Source: an uncultured candidate division Zixibacteria bacterium (GTDB taxonomy: Bacteria; Zixibacteria; MSB-5A5; GN15; FEB-12). Taken from it: a stretch of DNA of 64,000 bases. Location of the stretch: the NCBI GenBank assembly GCA_963664195.1, contig OY760907.1, positions 3,552,001 through 3,616,000 on the forward strand, given 5' to 3'. The stretch's first letter is position 1. Each line of letters starts with the position of its first letter. Both the position numbers and the translations under genes were made by a program. Shown here piece by piece: positions 8,244 through 17,258 of the stretch. The notes below the pieces were generated by a model that had not been told where the DNA came from, did not search any database, and was given only the letters and a program-made list of their open reading frames with translations.

Positions 8244-8921
8244 ATGCAGAGTATCCTGCATGATCTGAACCGACGTTTCGACCACACCCTGCTCCGGCCC
8301 GATGCCGAGTCGGCGGATATCGCCCGCCTGTGCGATGAGGCCAGGAGGCACGAATTCTATGCGGTCTGCGTCAATCCGATCTGGGTCGAGTTGGCCACCG
8401 AGAGACTGACTGAGAGCGAGACCCGTGTTGTGACTGTCGCCGGTTTTCCGCTGGGGGCATCCCGGACCGATGTAAAGATAGTCGAAGCGGTCAAGGGGGC
8501 TATCGACGGTGCCTGTGAAATCGATGTGGTAGCCAATATTGGGTGGTTGGTATCGGAGGAGTATGCCAGAGTCGAGTGCGAGCTAACGGATATCCGCCGG
8601 ATGCTGCCGCAGGAGACAGGGCTGAAGGTCATCATCGAGGCCTCAAAGCTTAACCAAGCGCAGCGGGTGGCGGCAACGGAAATAGTCGTCAACTCAGGTG
8701 CCCAATTCGTCAAGACCGGCACGGGGTTCTTTGGCGTGGCGGAAACTGCTCAGGTGCAAACACTTGTGAAGGCTGCACGAGGGCAGATCGGGGTTAAAGC
8801 GGCAGGTGGAATCAAGACTCTGGCGCAGTGTAGAGAACTGCTTGAAACGGGGGCCACACGTCTGGGTTGTTCTGCCTCGGTGATCATTATGGATGAGCTT
8901 GCCGATTCAACACTGTCGTAG
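8244..8921 (+). CDS. deoC: Deoxyribose-phosphate aldolase
   Basis: DHTLL, GFPLG, EIDVV, KVIIE, FVKTGTGF and VKAAGGI motifs. AAGGAGG SD. Confidence 0.95.
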   Translation: MQSILHDLNRRFDHTLLRPDAESADIARLCDEARRHEFYAVCVNPIWVELATERLTESETRVVTVAGFPLGASRTDVKIVEAVKGAIDGACEIDVVANIGWLVSEEYARVECELTDIRRMLPQETGLKVIIEASKLNQAQRVAATEIVVNSGAQFVKTGTGFFGVAETAQVQTLVKAARGQIGVKAAGGIKTLAQCRELLETGATRLGCSASVIIMDELADSTLS

Positions 8922-9008
8922 CAACTTCTCGCACAAGCACCCGCCCCCCCTCGTGCCCTTTTTGGTTTTATAACTTGCTCTCGGAGATTATATTTGCGTT
9001 AGACTAGT

Positions 9009-9200
9009 ATGACGGTAGAGAATAAGGGAAAGAAGCGACCTTTTTTGGGCGTCTACTTCAAGTGCTGCCACGTTTATCAGCGCTTGTATCTAAACCGTGA
9101 AGGGACAGCCTTTGTGGGGTATTGCCCCAAATGTGCTGCCAAATCGATGGTGAAGGTAGGTGTCGGCGGTTCCAAGTCGCGCTTCTACACTGCTGAATAA
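9009..9200 (+). CDS. Small Cys4 zinc-ribbon-like protein
   Basis: FKCC...GYCPKC. TAATG overlap with the next gene. Confidence 0.75.
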   Translation: MTVENKGKKRPFLGVYFKCCHVYQRLYLNREGTAFVGYCPKCAAKSMVKVGVGGSKSRFYTAE

Positions 9201-9757
9201 TGGCGAATACACCCGTGTCACTGCTGAAATCAAAGATTGTCGTTGTCCCGATGGGCGAAGTTGACTTCATGCTCGTCAACAAGCTGGCATCCGCTGTCGG
9301 TCCTGTGTTCAATCGCTCGGTCGATATCCTCAAAGGGATGAAAATGCCCCCTGAGTCCTACAACGTCGTTCGAAATCAGTATTACGCCCAGGTGCTTGTC
9401 TCCAAACTCGAGCGCACCAAAGCCAACAGTCGCGAGAAAGTGATTGCGATTTGCGAAGAGGACCTGTATGTACCGGAAGAAGCATACGTTATGGGTTGGG
9501 GCGACGGAGTCTCCGGGTGTGCTATCGTCTCGCTCTACCACATCCGCCAGGAGTTTTACGGACTCCCGGAGGATGACAGCAAGATCTACCCCCGTCTCTA
9601 CAAAGAGGCGATCCATCACCTTGGGCACCTGTTCGACCTCAGCGAATGCCGCAATCCGAAATGCGTCAATTATTTCAGCCAGATGATGCTGGACATTGAC
9701 AACAAGAGCGACAAGTTCTGCGATATCTGCCGTCGTCGCCTGACCGGCGTGGTCTAA
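9200..9757 (+). CDS. Archaemetzincin (peptidase M54)-like protein with altered active site
   Basis: RNQY, DLY, KEAIHHLGHLFDLSECRNPKCVNYFS...DIDNK...FCDIC. Confidence 0.85.
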   Translation: MANTPVSLLKSKIVVVPMGEVDFMLVNKLASAVGPVFNRSVDILKGMKMPPESYNVVRNQYYAQVLVSKLERTKANSREKVIAICEEDLYVPEEAYVMGWGDGVSGCAIVSLYHIRQEFYGLPEDDSKIYPRLYKEAIHHLGHLFDLSECRNPKCVNYFSQMMLDIDNKSDKFCDICRRRLTGVV

Positions 9758-9782
9758 GAACCAGGTCGCCGAACGGGAACGC

Positions 9783-12062
9783 ATGACACTCGAACAGATT
9801 ATTGATTTCCTGAAGACCGACCGTGCTATCGGCCAGAACATCAACCACTGGCACACGCAACCTCCCAAAGACGCCCGATACGCCGATTTCCCGCCAAACC
9901 TCGATCTGCGTCTGGTACGAACGCTCGAAGAAAAAGGTATCAAGCAGCTCTATACGCACCAGAGCGAAGCAATCGAGGCCATAGTCAACGGAGATGACGT
10001 GGTAGTCGTAACTCCGACCGCTTCCGGCAAGACGCTGTGCTACAATCTGCCGGTAGTGAATGAGATTCTCAGAAACCCGTCGTCGCGTGCGCTGTACCTC
10101 TTCCCTACCAAGGCCCTGTCTCAGGATCAGCTCTCGGAGTTGCACGACTTGATCACCAAAATCGATGTCGACATCAAGACCTACACGTTCGACGGCGACA
10201 CGCCGCAAACCGCGCGACGCTTGATCCGCTCCGCCGGGCATATCGTCGTCAGCAACCCGGACATGCTCCATGCCGGGATTCTCCCCCACCACACCAAATG
10301 GATCAAGCTGTTCGAGAATCTCAAGTTCGTCGTGATCGACGAGGTCCACCACTACCGGGGCATATTCGGTTCACACCTGGCCAATGTCATTAAACGCCTG
10401 AAGCGCATATGTCGTTTCTACGGATCCAATCCGCAGTTCATCTGTTGCTCGGCGACAATCGCCAATCCGGATGAACTGGCAGGAAGAATCATCGGACGGC
10501 CGTTGAAACTCGTCAACGACAACGGCGCTCCTTCCGGCGAAAAACACTTCCTCCTCTACAACCCACCGGTCATAAATCCGCAGTTGGGCATTCGAAAGTC
10601 CGCAATCAAAGAGGCCTCGCGATTGGCGGCATCGTTCCTGCGACACCGCGTACAAACGATTGTATTCGCCCATTTCAGACTCTATGTGGAGGTCCTGCTG
10701 ACATACCTGCAACGAGAACTGAAGGGCGATTTCGGACGAGGCGTCAACGTGGCTGGCTATCGCGGCGGTTATCTTCCCAACGAGCGGCGACGAATTGAAC
10801 GTGGCCTGCGAAACGGCGACATCACCGGCGTGGTCTCGACCAACGCGCTGGAACTGGGAATCGATATCGGCGCGCTCGACGTCTCAATCATTGTCGGCTA
10901 TCCCGGATCAATCGCCTCGCTCTTGCAGCAAGCCGGACGGGCCGGGCGACGGTCATCTACATCGCTGACAGTCATGGTGGCAAACTCTTCGGCGATCAAT
11001 CAGTTCCTGTGCAGCGAGCCGAAGTATATTTTCGACCGTACGCCGGAATCGAGCATCATTGATCCCGACAATCTGATCATCAAGACGAATCATCTCAAGT
11101 GCGCTTCGTTTGAATTGCCGTTCGATGATGAAGAACTTGAGGGCGACGTCACCAGCGCCAAGATCCTCGATTACCTTACGGGAGAAAACGTCGTGCGGCG
11201 ATCCAATAACCGATATCACTGGTCGTCGGAAATCTATCCCGCGCAACAAGTATCTTTACGATCGGCCTCCCCGGAGAACTTCGTTATTCTCAACGACTCC
11301 GACAATGCGCGTGTGATCGGCGAGGTCGACTATTTCTCCGCACCGATATTTCTGCATCCCGAAGCGATTTATCTCCACGGTGCCGAGCAGTATCAAGTCA
11401 CTCAGTTGGATTGGGAGGGCCGCAAGGCGTACGTGAAAGAAGTTAAGGTCGATTACTACACCGACGCCGAAACGAAGTCGGATTTGAAAGTGCTGGCGGT
11501 CGAGGAAGAAGAACAGACAATCGACCAATCCGCCTCTCATTGGGGCGAGGTGTCGCTGACCTGCACGACCGTCATGTACAAAAAGATCAAGTTCGAGACG
11601 CATGAAAACGTCGGCTACGGCGACTTGAAACTCCCCGAGTTGGAAATGCACACCAATGCTTTCTGGTATTCCTTCCCCGGCGATGTGCAGTTCAAGCTTG
11701 AACTCGAAGGCTCCCAGTTTGGCGGGTCGCTTCGAGGTCTGGCGAACATCCTTGGCAAGATCGCGCCGTTGTGGGTGATGTGTGACCATCGGGATTTGCG
11801 CTCGATCTCACAGGTACGGGCACCGTTCACCGAACGACCGACCGTCTACATCTACGAAAACATCCCCGGCGGCGTTGGCTTGTCTGAGAAGCTCTTCTCA
11901 CATTCTGACAAGCTGTTCGAGGCATGCAAACAGCACGTGACCTCGTGCCCGTGTCCGAAAGGGTGCCCCTCGTGTGTCGGCCCACCGATGGAAGTCGGCC
12001 AGGGCGGCAAAGAGGGCGTGTTGAAGCTGCTGGATTACATGCTGGCGGTCGCGGAGGCGTGA
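9783..12062 (+). CDS. DEAH-box helicase with C-terminal DUF1998/Zn cluster (MrfA/SftH/Hrq1 family)
   Basis: LYTHQ, TPTASGKT, PTKALSQDQ, DEVH, SAT, STNALELGIDIG, QQAGRAGR, and CPCPKGCPSC. Confidence 0.93.
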   Translation: MTLEQIIDFLKTDRAIGQNINHWHTQPPKDARYADFPPNLDLRLVRTLEEKGIKQLYTHQSEAIEAIVNGDDVVVVTPTASGKTLCYNLPVVNEILRNPSSRALYLFPTKALSQDQLSELHDLITKIDVDIKTYTFDGDTPQTARRLIRSAGHIVVSNPDMLHAGILPHHTKWIKLFENLKFVVIDEVHHYRGIFGSHLANVIKRLKRICRFYGSNPQFICCSATIANPDELAGRIIGRPLKLVNDNGAPSGEKHFLLYNPPVINPQLGIRKSAIKEASRLAASFLRHRVQTIVFAHFRLYVEVLLTYLQRELKGDFGRGVNVAGYRGGYLPNERRRIERGLRNGDITGVVSTNALELGIDIGALDVSIIVGYPGSIASLLQQAGRAGRRSSTSLTVMVANSSAINQFLCSEPKYIFDRTPESSIIDPDNLIIKTNHLKCASFELPFDDEELEGDVTSAKILDYLTGENVVRRSNNRYHWSSEIYPAQQVSLRSASPENFVILNDSDNARVIGEVDYFSAPIFLHPEAIYLHGAEQYQVTQLDWEGRKAYVKEVKVDYYTDAETKSDLKVLAVEEEEQTIDQSASHWGEVSLTCTTVMYKKIKFETHENVGYGDLKLPELEMHTNAFWYSFPGDVQFKLELEGSQFGGSLRGLANILGKIAPLWVMCDHRDLRSISQVRAPFTERPTVYIYENIPGGVGLSEKLFSHSDKLFEACKQHVTSCPCPKGCPSCVGPPMEVGQGGKEGVLKLLDYMLAVAEA

Positions 12063-12130
12063 GGTGTATGGGTATTGGGGGTATAACTTGAGCGAGGCAT
12101 GCCCTAGAATCCCGGGATGTCTTACCACAG

Positions 12131-12169
12131 CGCGTGCCACCCTCAAAGAAGCTTTGAGGGTGGCACGCG
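12131..12169. repeat. Perfect 18-bp palindrome (REP-like) between convergent genes
   Basis: CGCGTGCCACCCTCAAAG-AAG-CTTTGAGGGTGGCACGCG. Confidence 0.85.
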
Positions 12170-12201
12170 GCCGTTGAAGCCAGACTATGTCGAGATAGTG
12201 T

Positions 12202-13029
12202 CTATTCTTCGGTGTCAAGCATGCAGGGATACTCGAAAACGGCAGTGACATATGAAGGCAGCACACTCGTCGAATCGAAAACCGCATACTCCAACAGGAT
12301 TGTCTTGTCGAAGTATCTGACGTACACACAAGGGCCATCCTTGAAGTCGTCAAGCCATTCTGCCGAAATGGCTGACATCCCGCCCCGGTATCTAAACTCT
12401 TCAAACAAGTACGTTGTATCGATGACATTCCACCCTCGCGATCTCAGGAACGACTCCGAGTAGACTGACAGCGAAGGGAATGATCTCGCATTGAAGTGGA
12501 CTGACGCAAGCCTGTCGGCTGTCGACACGATAGGCACAAACACATCGGAAAGGCGCCGGACCGCGCCCATATAGTCTGCGTGAGCAGCGACAAAGTCCTC
12601 GTCCGCATACACATCCAGGGAGTCCTGTGAGATATGTCCTTGATCAAACCGTGAGTCCCAAGCCGCAAGAGCCGGCTCAATGCTTCCGTCCTCGCCGACC
12701 CCGTAGCAACGTCTGAATTCCTCACTACGAAGGAATCGAAGAAGGTGGAAGCCGTAGAGAGTATCCCCACTCGAGTCTTCAGAGCACAGAGAGTACACGT
12801 CGGACTTCATACCGCGCACCTTGTCCGAGATTTCGACGGCCACTGCTTGTAGGGCGGGAGGCAATGCTAGGTGTAGACTATCCGACTCGTCTGAAAGCGA
12901 AACTAGTAATCCGTTGCTTCGGTCAACCTTAGGAGGCGAAAACGATTCCTCGTGCTCTGAACATGCAAAGACACAGAGCACGACTACAAACGTGGTCGCC
13001 AATGCGAATGCTATACGTTTTGGGGACAC
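12202..13029 (-). CDS. Hypothetical lipoprotein
   Basis: GGGGAG SD and GTG start, signal peptide with VFAC lipobox. Confidence 0.7.
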   Translation of the reverse strand: MSPKRIAFALATTFVVVLCVFACSEHEESFSPPKVDRSNGLLVSLSDESDSLHLALPPALQAVAVEISDKVRGMKSDVYSLCSEDSSGDTLYGFHLLRFLRSEEFRRCYGVGEDGSIEPALAAWDSRFDQGHISQDSLDVYADEDFVAAHADYMGAVRRLSDVFVPIVSTADRLASVHFNARSFPSLSVYSESFLRSRGWNVIDTTYLFEEFRYRGGMSAISAEWLDDFKDGPCVYVRYFDKTILLEYAVFDSTSVLPSYVTAVFEYPCMLDTEE

Positions 13030-13038
13030 TGCTCCCCT

Positions 13039-13974
13039 CTAGAAAACTGAAAACTTGAAATAGTCTCTCGGGTTATCCTGGATGTCCGTGATAAGATTGT
13101 TTGCACGGGCCAGAAGATTCGTCATCTCCACGTACAACGCCGTGTCGTTGACAAGCAATCCCAGGTTCCCCTCGGCTACGTCGATCTTCGTCAAGATCGA
13201 GTCCAACCGCGCCGTCGTCCCGGCCAGGTTGTCGTACAACGCCGGGTCGGACATCAACCGGCCAACCGTACTTTCGTTCTGATTGACCTGATCCGCCAAA
13301 GAAGCAACCGAACCGGACATCTTCTCAAGCGATACCATCAACCGTTCTTGATTCGCCTGGAGACCTACGGAAAGCTCGGTCAAGCTGGCCAGCAAATCTG
13401 TCATCTGCGTATAGAGCTCTTCGTCGCTGGCGATACGTCCAAGCGTCCCTTCGCCGCGATTCATTCGAGTGAGCATCGTATCAAGACTCGCTACAACCGC
13501 TCCTGCGCTGTTTGCGGCCTCTTCCCCGGCTTTGAACATATCGGGAGCATTGCCGATCTCCTGAGTAGCGATTACACCCATATCTTCGATTATATCTCCG
13601 CCGTGCACCCCCGGCCTGATCTCGATATACTTGTCTCCGAGGAACCCAATCGTCCCAAGCACCACACGAGCATCCTGAGTCAGATACGGCCAAATCGACC
13701 TCTTTACTCTACAGACGACCCGCACGTTTCTGGACTCGTCGACAATATCGAAATCCAGCGATGAGACGTTGCCAACCTCAAGGCCCGACATCCAGATGGG
13801 GGAGCCTTTGACAAGACCGTTGACGTTACCAAAGTAACAGACAAACGAGCCCTTTTTATCAAATATGGAAGTACCACCACCGGTAATGGAAGTGTACATC
13901 AACGCCGTAAGAGCGAACAGAAGAAGGGCACCCACCCAAAGCCGTCCCCACTTGACCCTAATCGATCTTTGCAT
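13039..13974 (-). CDS. mlaD: MlaD/MCE family lipid transport protein
   Basis: N-terminal TM, GLVKGSPIWMSGLEVGNV, GFLGDKYIEI, helical C-terminus. Confidence 0.92.
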   Translation of the reverse strand: MQRSIRVKWGRLWVGALLLFALTALMYTSITGGGTSIFDKKGSFVCYFGNVNGLVKGSPIWMSGLEVGNVSSLDFDIVDESRNVRVVCRVKRSIWPYLTQDARVVLGTIGFLGDKYIEIRPGVHGGDIIEDMGVIATQEIGNAPDMFKAGEEAANSAGAVVASLDTMLTRMNRGEGTLGRIASDEELYTQMTDLLASLTELSVGLQANQERLMVSLEKMSGSVASLADQVNQNESTVGRLMSDPALYDNLAGTTARLDSILTKIDVAEGNLGLLVNDTALYVEMTNLLARANNLITDIQDNPRDYFKFSVF

Positions 13975-13996
13975 AATCTAAACCTTTGCTTTCCGG

Positions 13997-14815
13997 CTAA
14001 TCATCCCGGCGTTTTCCGTAACCATCATCGGGAGAGTCCTGGATACGGATGAATCGCTTCCGGGCAACTTCTTCAAATGAATCTCTAAACGGTTGTAAAA
14101 ACCCGACTACGCGCTCATCGTCGCTGGACCGCAGTTCTTCCAGGTCTCCGTCAAACACGACATGCCCCGCATCGATAACCACAAATCGGTCACCGATCGA
14201 GATCGCATCGGCAATCTGGTGGGTCACGATAATCGATGAAATGCCCTTTTCCCGGTGGAGCTTCATGATCAGCTCCAGCACGTTCAACGTGGCTATCGGA
14301 TCAAGCCCGGTAGTAGGCTCATCATAGAGCATAACTTTCGGATTTGTAGACAGCAGTGCGCGACCGATAGCCACCCGTCTTCGCATCCCGCCTGAGAGTT
14401 CTTCCGGTAACTTGTCGCCGACCTCGTCAGGGTTCAGCCCCACAAAGCCGAGCATCTCAGCGGCGTGCACGGCGATTTCATTCCAGGACTGACGCGTATG
14501 TTCCAGCAGATAGTAGCCGACATTCTCCCCCACCGTGAGTGAATCGAACAACGCGCCGTCCTGAAACACCATCCCGATATCTTTTCGCAGGTGACGTTTG
14601 TCGCGCTCTTTCATCACGCAGATGTTCTGATCACCGATCATGACCTGTCCGCTCTGCGGGCATTCAAGGCCAAGAATCAGCCGCAACACGGTCGATTTGC
14701 CTGAACCGGAAGGCCCCATCACTACCACCATCTCAGAGTCGTCAACCTTAAACGAAACGTTCTTCAAGACCTGTTTGTCACCGTAGGAGAAGTCAACACC
14801 TTTGAGCTCAATCAT
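13997..14815 (-). CDS. mlaF: MlaF-type ABC ATPase
   Basis: GPSGSGKS, FQDGALFDSLTVGENV, LSGGMRRRV, LYDEPTTGLDP. Confidence 0.93.
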   Translation of the reverse strand: MIELKGVDFSYGDKQVLKNVSFKVDDSEMVVVMGPSGSGKSTVLRLILGLECPQSGQVMIGDQNICVMKERDKRHLRKDIGMVFQDGALFDSLTVGENVGYYLLEHTRQSWNEIAVHAAEMLGFVGLNPDEVGDKLPEELSGGMRRRVAIGRALLSTNPKVMLYDEPTTGLDPIATLNVLELIMKLHREKGISSIIVTHQIADAISIGDRFVVIDAGHVVFDGDLEELRSSDDERVVGFLQPFRDSFEEVARKRFIRIQDSPDDGYGKRRDD

Positions 14816-15594
14816 AGATACCCCTTGAGTGCGCCGCCGACAATCTTGGTGATGAAGAAGTTGACGATGAGAATCGTTATCGAAGTCATCATGACCGAAT
14901 TAGTGGTAGCTTGGCCGACTCCTTTGGTCCCTCCGCTGGCAGTAAAGCCGCGATAGCACGAGATAAACGCGATCACAAACGAGAAGATGACCGGTTTCAG
15001 CAACCCCATAAAGATGTTGCCAAAAGTCAGCTTCGCGAACACTGACGACCAGTACATGGTCGAGGTAACATTGGCAATAAAGAGAGCGATAATCCATCCG
15101 CCCACAATCGCGACCACGTCGCAGACGATGGTCAACGCCGGCACCATGACCATCAGCGATATCAGTCGAGGGCGGGCAATCTTGCGAATGGGATCGATAC
15201 CAAACGCGATCATAGCGTCAAGCTGATTGGAGGACCGCATCGCGCCAATTTCGGCAGTGATACCCGAGGCGACACGAGCGGCAATCATCAGGCCCGTGAG
15301 CGTCGGAGCCAGTTCCCGCACAATTGCCATAGACATGATTCGCCCGAGATAATCCTTCGCCCCGAATGCGGCCAGTTCCTGCGAAAACGCCAGCGCAAAG
15401 CCTTGACCGGAGAATGCGCCCGTCAAAATCACCAGAAACAGCGATCCCACGCCGATAAGGTACATCTGCTCCATCGTCTCGGCAAAGTAGAACGGACGAC
15501 GAAACAGCGAGGCAATCATCTTGGCCGAGAAGAAGAAAAGGCCCTGTGTCTCCTGCGCGGCGAATTTCAGCCAGTTGTTGAAGGCTCTAAGAAT
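14812..15594 (-). CDS. mlaE: MlaE permease (probable non-canonical ATT start at 15594; first ATG at 15519)
   Basis: RELAPTLTGLMIAARVASGITAEIGAM...QLDAM, GGTKGVGQATT. Confidence 0.9.
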   Translation of the reverse strand: MLRAFNNWLKFAAQETQGLFFFSAKMIASLFRRPFYFAETMEQMYLIGVGSLFLVILTGAFSGQGFALAFSQELAAFGAKDYLGRIMSMAIVRELAPTLTGLMIAARVASGITAEIGAMRSSNQLDAMIAFGIDPIRKIARPRLISLMVMVPALTIVCDVVAIVGGWIIALFIANVTSTMYWSSVFAKLTFGNIFMGLLKPVIFSFVIAFISCYRGFTASGGTKGVGQATTNSVMMTSITILIVNFFITKIVGGALKGYL

Positions 15595-15764
15595 GGGGAT
15601 GTCCTTTCACTTTCTTCGCCAATGGTAGCCGGATGCATCCATCAAGTCAAGGTCAAACGGAAGGTTGCCAAATCGGGTAAATGTCGTATTATCCCCTGAC
15701 AAAACGACGAACAATCTTCGCGATAATTTGTTTGTACACTGTATTGGAACGAAAGACCTCAAGT

Positions 15765-16799
15765 ATGTCAATAAAAGATTCTGAAAAACGTGGCCACGCC
15801 ATCGCTTTGTTCTCCGGGGGATTGGACTCTTCCCTGGCGATAATCCTGATGCTTCAGCAGAACATCGAGGTCACCGCACTGACTTTCATGACACATTTTG
15901 GCTGTGATCTCGGTGACCGATCCTCCTGTGGTACCGACCCGTATCCTGTGGCCGAGAAGTTCGGTTTCAGAGTCAAGCTGGTTCATCTGGGACAGAAGTT
16001 CGTGGACATCGTCGAGAAACCGAAATTCGGACGTGGCGGCAACATGAACCCGTGTGTAGACTGCCGCATTCTCATGCTCCGCGAAGCCAAAGAGTTCATG
16101 GAGATGTCTGGCGCCGACTTTATTGTTACCGGTGAAGTCCTTGGTCAGAGACCGTTTTCACAGGTGAAAGACAAGATCAATCTTACAATTAGAGAGGCCG
16201 GCCTGAAGGGCAAACTGCTTCGTCCGCTGTCGGCCAAGCTTCTCCCTCCGACGGACGCCGAACTGAGCGGCATGGTCGATAGAAGCCGGCTCGAAGACAT
16301 CTCCGGGCGCTCTCGCAAGCGTCAGATGGAGTTGGCGGCCAGGTTTGGGCTTGAGGACTACCCCAACCCCGGCGGGGGTTGTCTGCTAACCGACGTCGGC
16401 TACTCGAATCGCCTTCGTGACTTGCTGCTGCACACGGAACACCTGAACTTTGACGACCTCAATCTCCTGCGCGTGGGGCGACACTTCAGACTTGATCCAC
16501 AAACCAAGCTAGTGGTCGGGCGAGACGAACGTGACAATAACCTGATCATGGGATACAAGCAGAATCACCACTACTTACTGGAAGCTCCCGATATTGGTTC
16601 ACCGTTAACGCTTCTGGTGGGAAATGCCAGTGAGGAGAATCTCAAAATGGCGGCGATGATCACCGCACGGTACAGCTCAGGCAAGCGCGAGTCATCGATC
16701 CGTGTGGTCTCCAATCGACTCTCAGATAATGTGGAGACTGAGATGACGGTCGCTCCCGCTTGCGATAAAGACATAGCTCCGATCTCAATCAGACAGTAG
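15765..16799 (+). CDS. PP-loop tRNA thiouridylase-like protein (ThiI/MnmA-like) with C-terminal DUF814-type domain
   Basis: ALFSGGLDS, NPCVDCR, TGEVLGQRPFSQ, LLRPLSAKLL, GGCLLT, GRHFRL...VGRDE. Confidence 0.85.
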   Translation: MSIKDSEKRGHAIALFSGGLDSSLAIILMLQQNIEVTALTFMTHFGCDLGDRSSCGTDPYPVAEKFGFRVKLVHLGQKFVDIVEKPKFGRGGNMNPCVDCRILMLREAKEFMEMSGADFIVTGEVLGQRPFSQVKDKINLTIREAGLKGKLLRPLSAKLLPPTDAELSGMVDRSRLEDISGRSRKRQMELAARFGLEDYPNPGGGCLLTDVGYSNRLRDLLLHTEHLNFDDLNLLRVGRHFRLDPQTKLVVGRDERDNNLIMGYKQNHHYLLEAPDIGSPLTLLVGNASEENLKMAAMITARYSSGKRESSIRVVSNRLSDNVETEMTVAPACDKDIAPISIRQ

Positions 16800-16807
16800 T
16801 ATTGTGC

Positions 16808-16843
16808 AAAAAAACAGAGGCCCCGGTACTCACCGGGGTCTCT
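16808..16843 (-). terminator. Intrinsic terminator, U-tract on minus strand (possibly bidirectional)
   Basis: A7-C-AGAGGCCCCGGT-ACTC-ACCGGGGTCTCT. Confidence 0.7.
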
Positions 16844-16977
16844 TGCTCCTCACACAGCCGAAATTGCCATCGTACAGTGTAACCGCCGTGTAAAACCGAA
16901 CGATGTCCCTATCGGATCGTCAATGTCCGGTACCAGGAAAGGCCGGACAGCCTTCGTCGATCCGCATCGGCTTCGCC
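16808..16977 (-). ncRNA. Candidate sigma-54-dependent structured sRNA (~170 nt)
   Basis: Nested stems 16901-16905/16965-16969, 16913-16919/16958-16964 and 16924-16930/16943-16949. Own terminator and an upstream -24/-12 motif. Confidence 0.4.
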
Positions 16978-16985
16978 CATATATA

Positions 16986-17003
16986 TGGCAATTCGGTTGC
17001 CAA
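16986..17003 (-). promoter_or_regulatory. Sigma-54-type -24/-12 motif (quasi-palindromic, matches both strands)
   Basis: Minus strand: TTGGCA-ACCGAA-TTGC followed by CATATATAT. Plus strand: TGGCA-ATTCGG-TTGC. Confidence 0.5.
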
Positions 17004-17176
17004 TCGCACCGACCATCACTCATGCCATTGGCTGTCAACGAATTACGGGGGCAGCCTATGTTGAGTCGCATGGCTGCCGTCAATGATCACGCGCAGGATG
17101 TGCGTTTTGACTCTGCTTGATTCGTAAGGATATCCGAAATCGCGTGACTTCGTTAAGTGAACTGCCTCCAAACGAA

Positions 17177-17209
17177 GAAAGCCCTCTCCACTTCCTGGAG
17201 AGGGCTTTC
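17177..17209 (-). terminator. Intrinsic terminator of the FlgD-Ig gene
   Basis: GAAAGCCCTCTCCA-5 nt loop-TGGAGAGGGCTTTC, T-rich tail on the minus strand. Confidence 0.8.
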
Positions 17210-17258
17210 CTGTACTTTATCAATCACGCAGTTTCACACTACCGATCTGACGATCAGC

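Noticed and set aside
16855..17000. 6S or SRP RNA assignment for the rod structure
   Set aside because: It lacks the SRP domain IV motif and recognisable 6S sequence or gene context; cannot be called without cmscan.
16850..17083. 77-aa minus-strand ORF in the candidate sRNA region
   Set aside because: TTG start without SD, atypical composition, and it overlaps the -24/-12 motif and rod hairpin.
17120..17126. Lone ATTCGTA about 120 bp upstream of the second sigma-54 motif
   Set aside because: A single 7-mer is expected by chance in 64 kb, and there is no clear phased array here.
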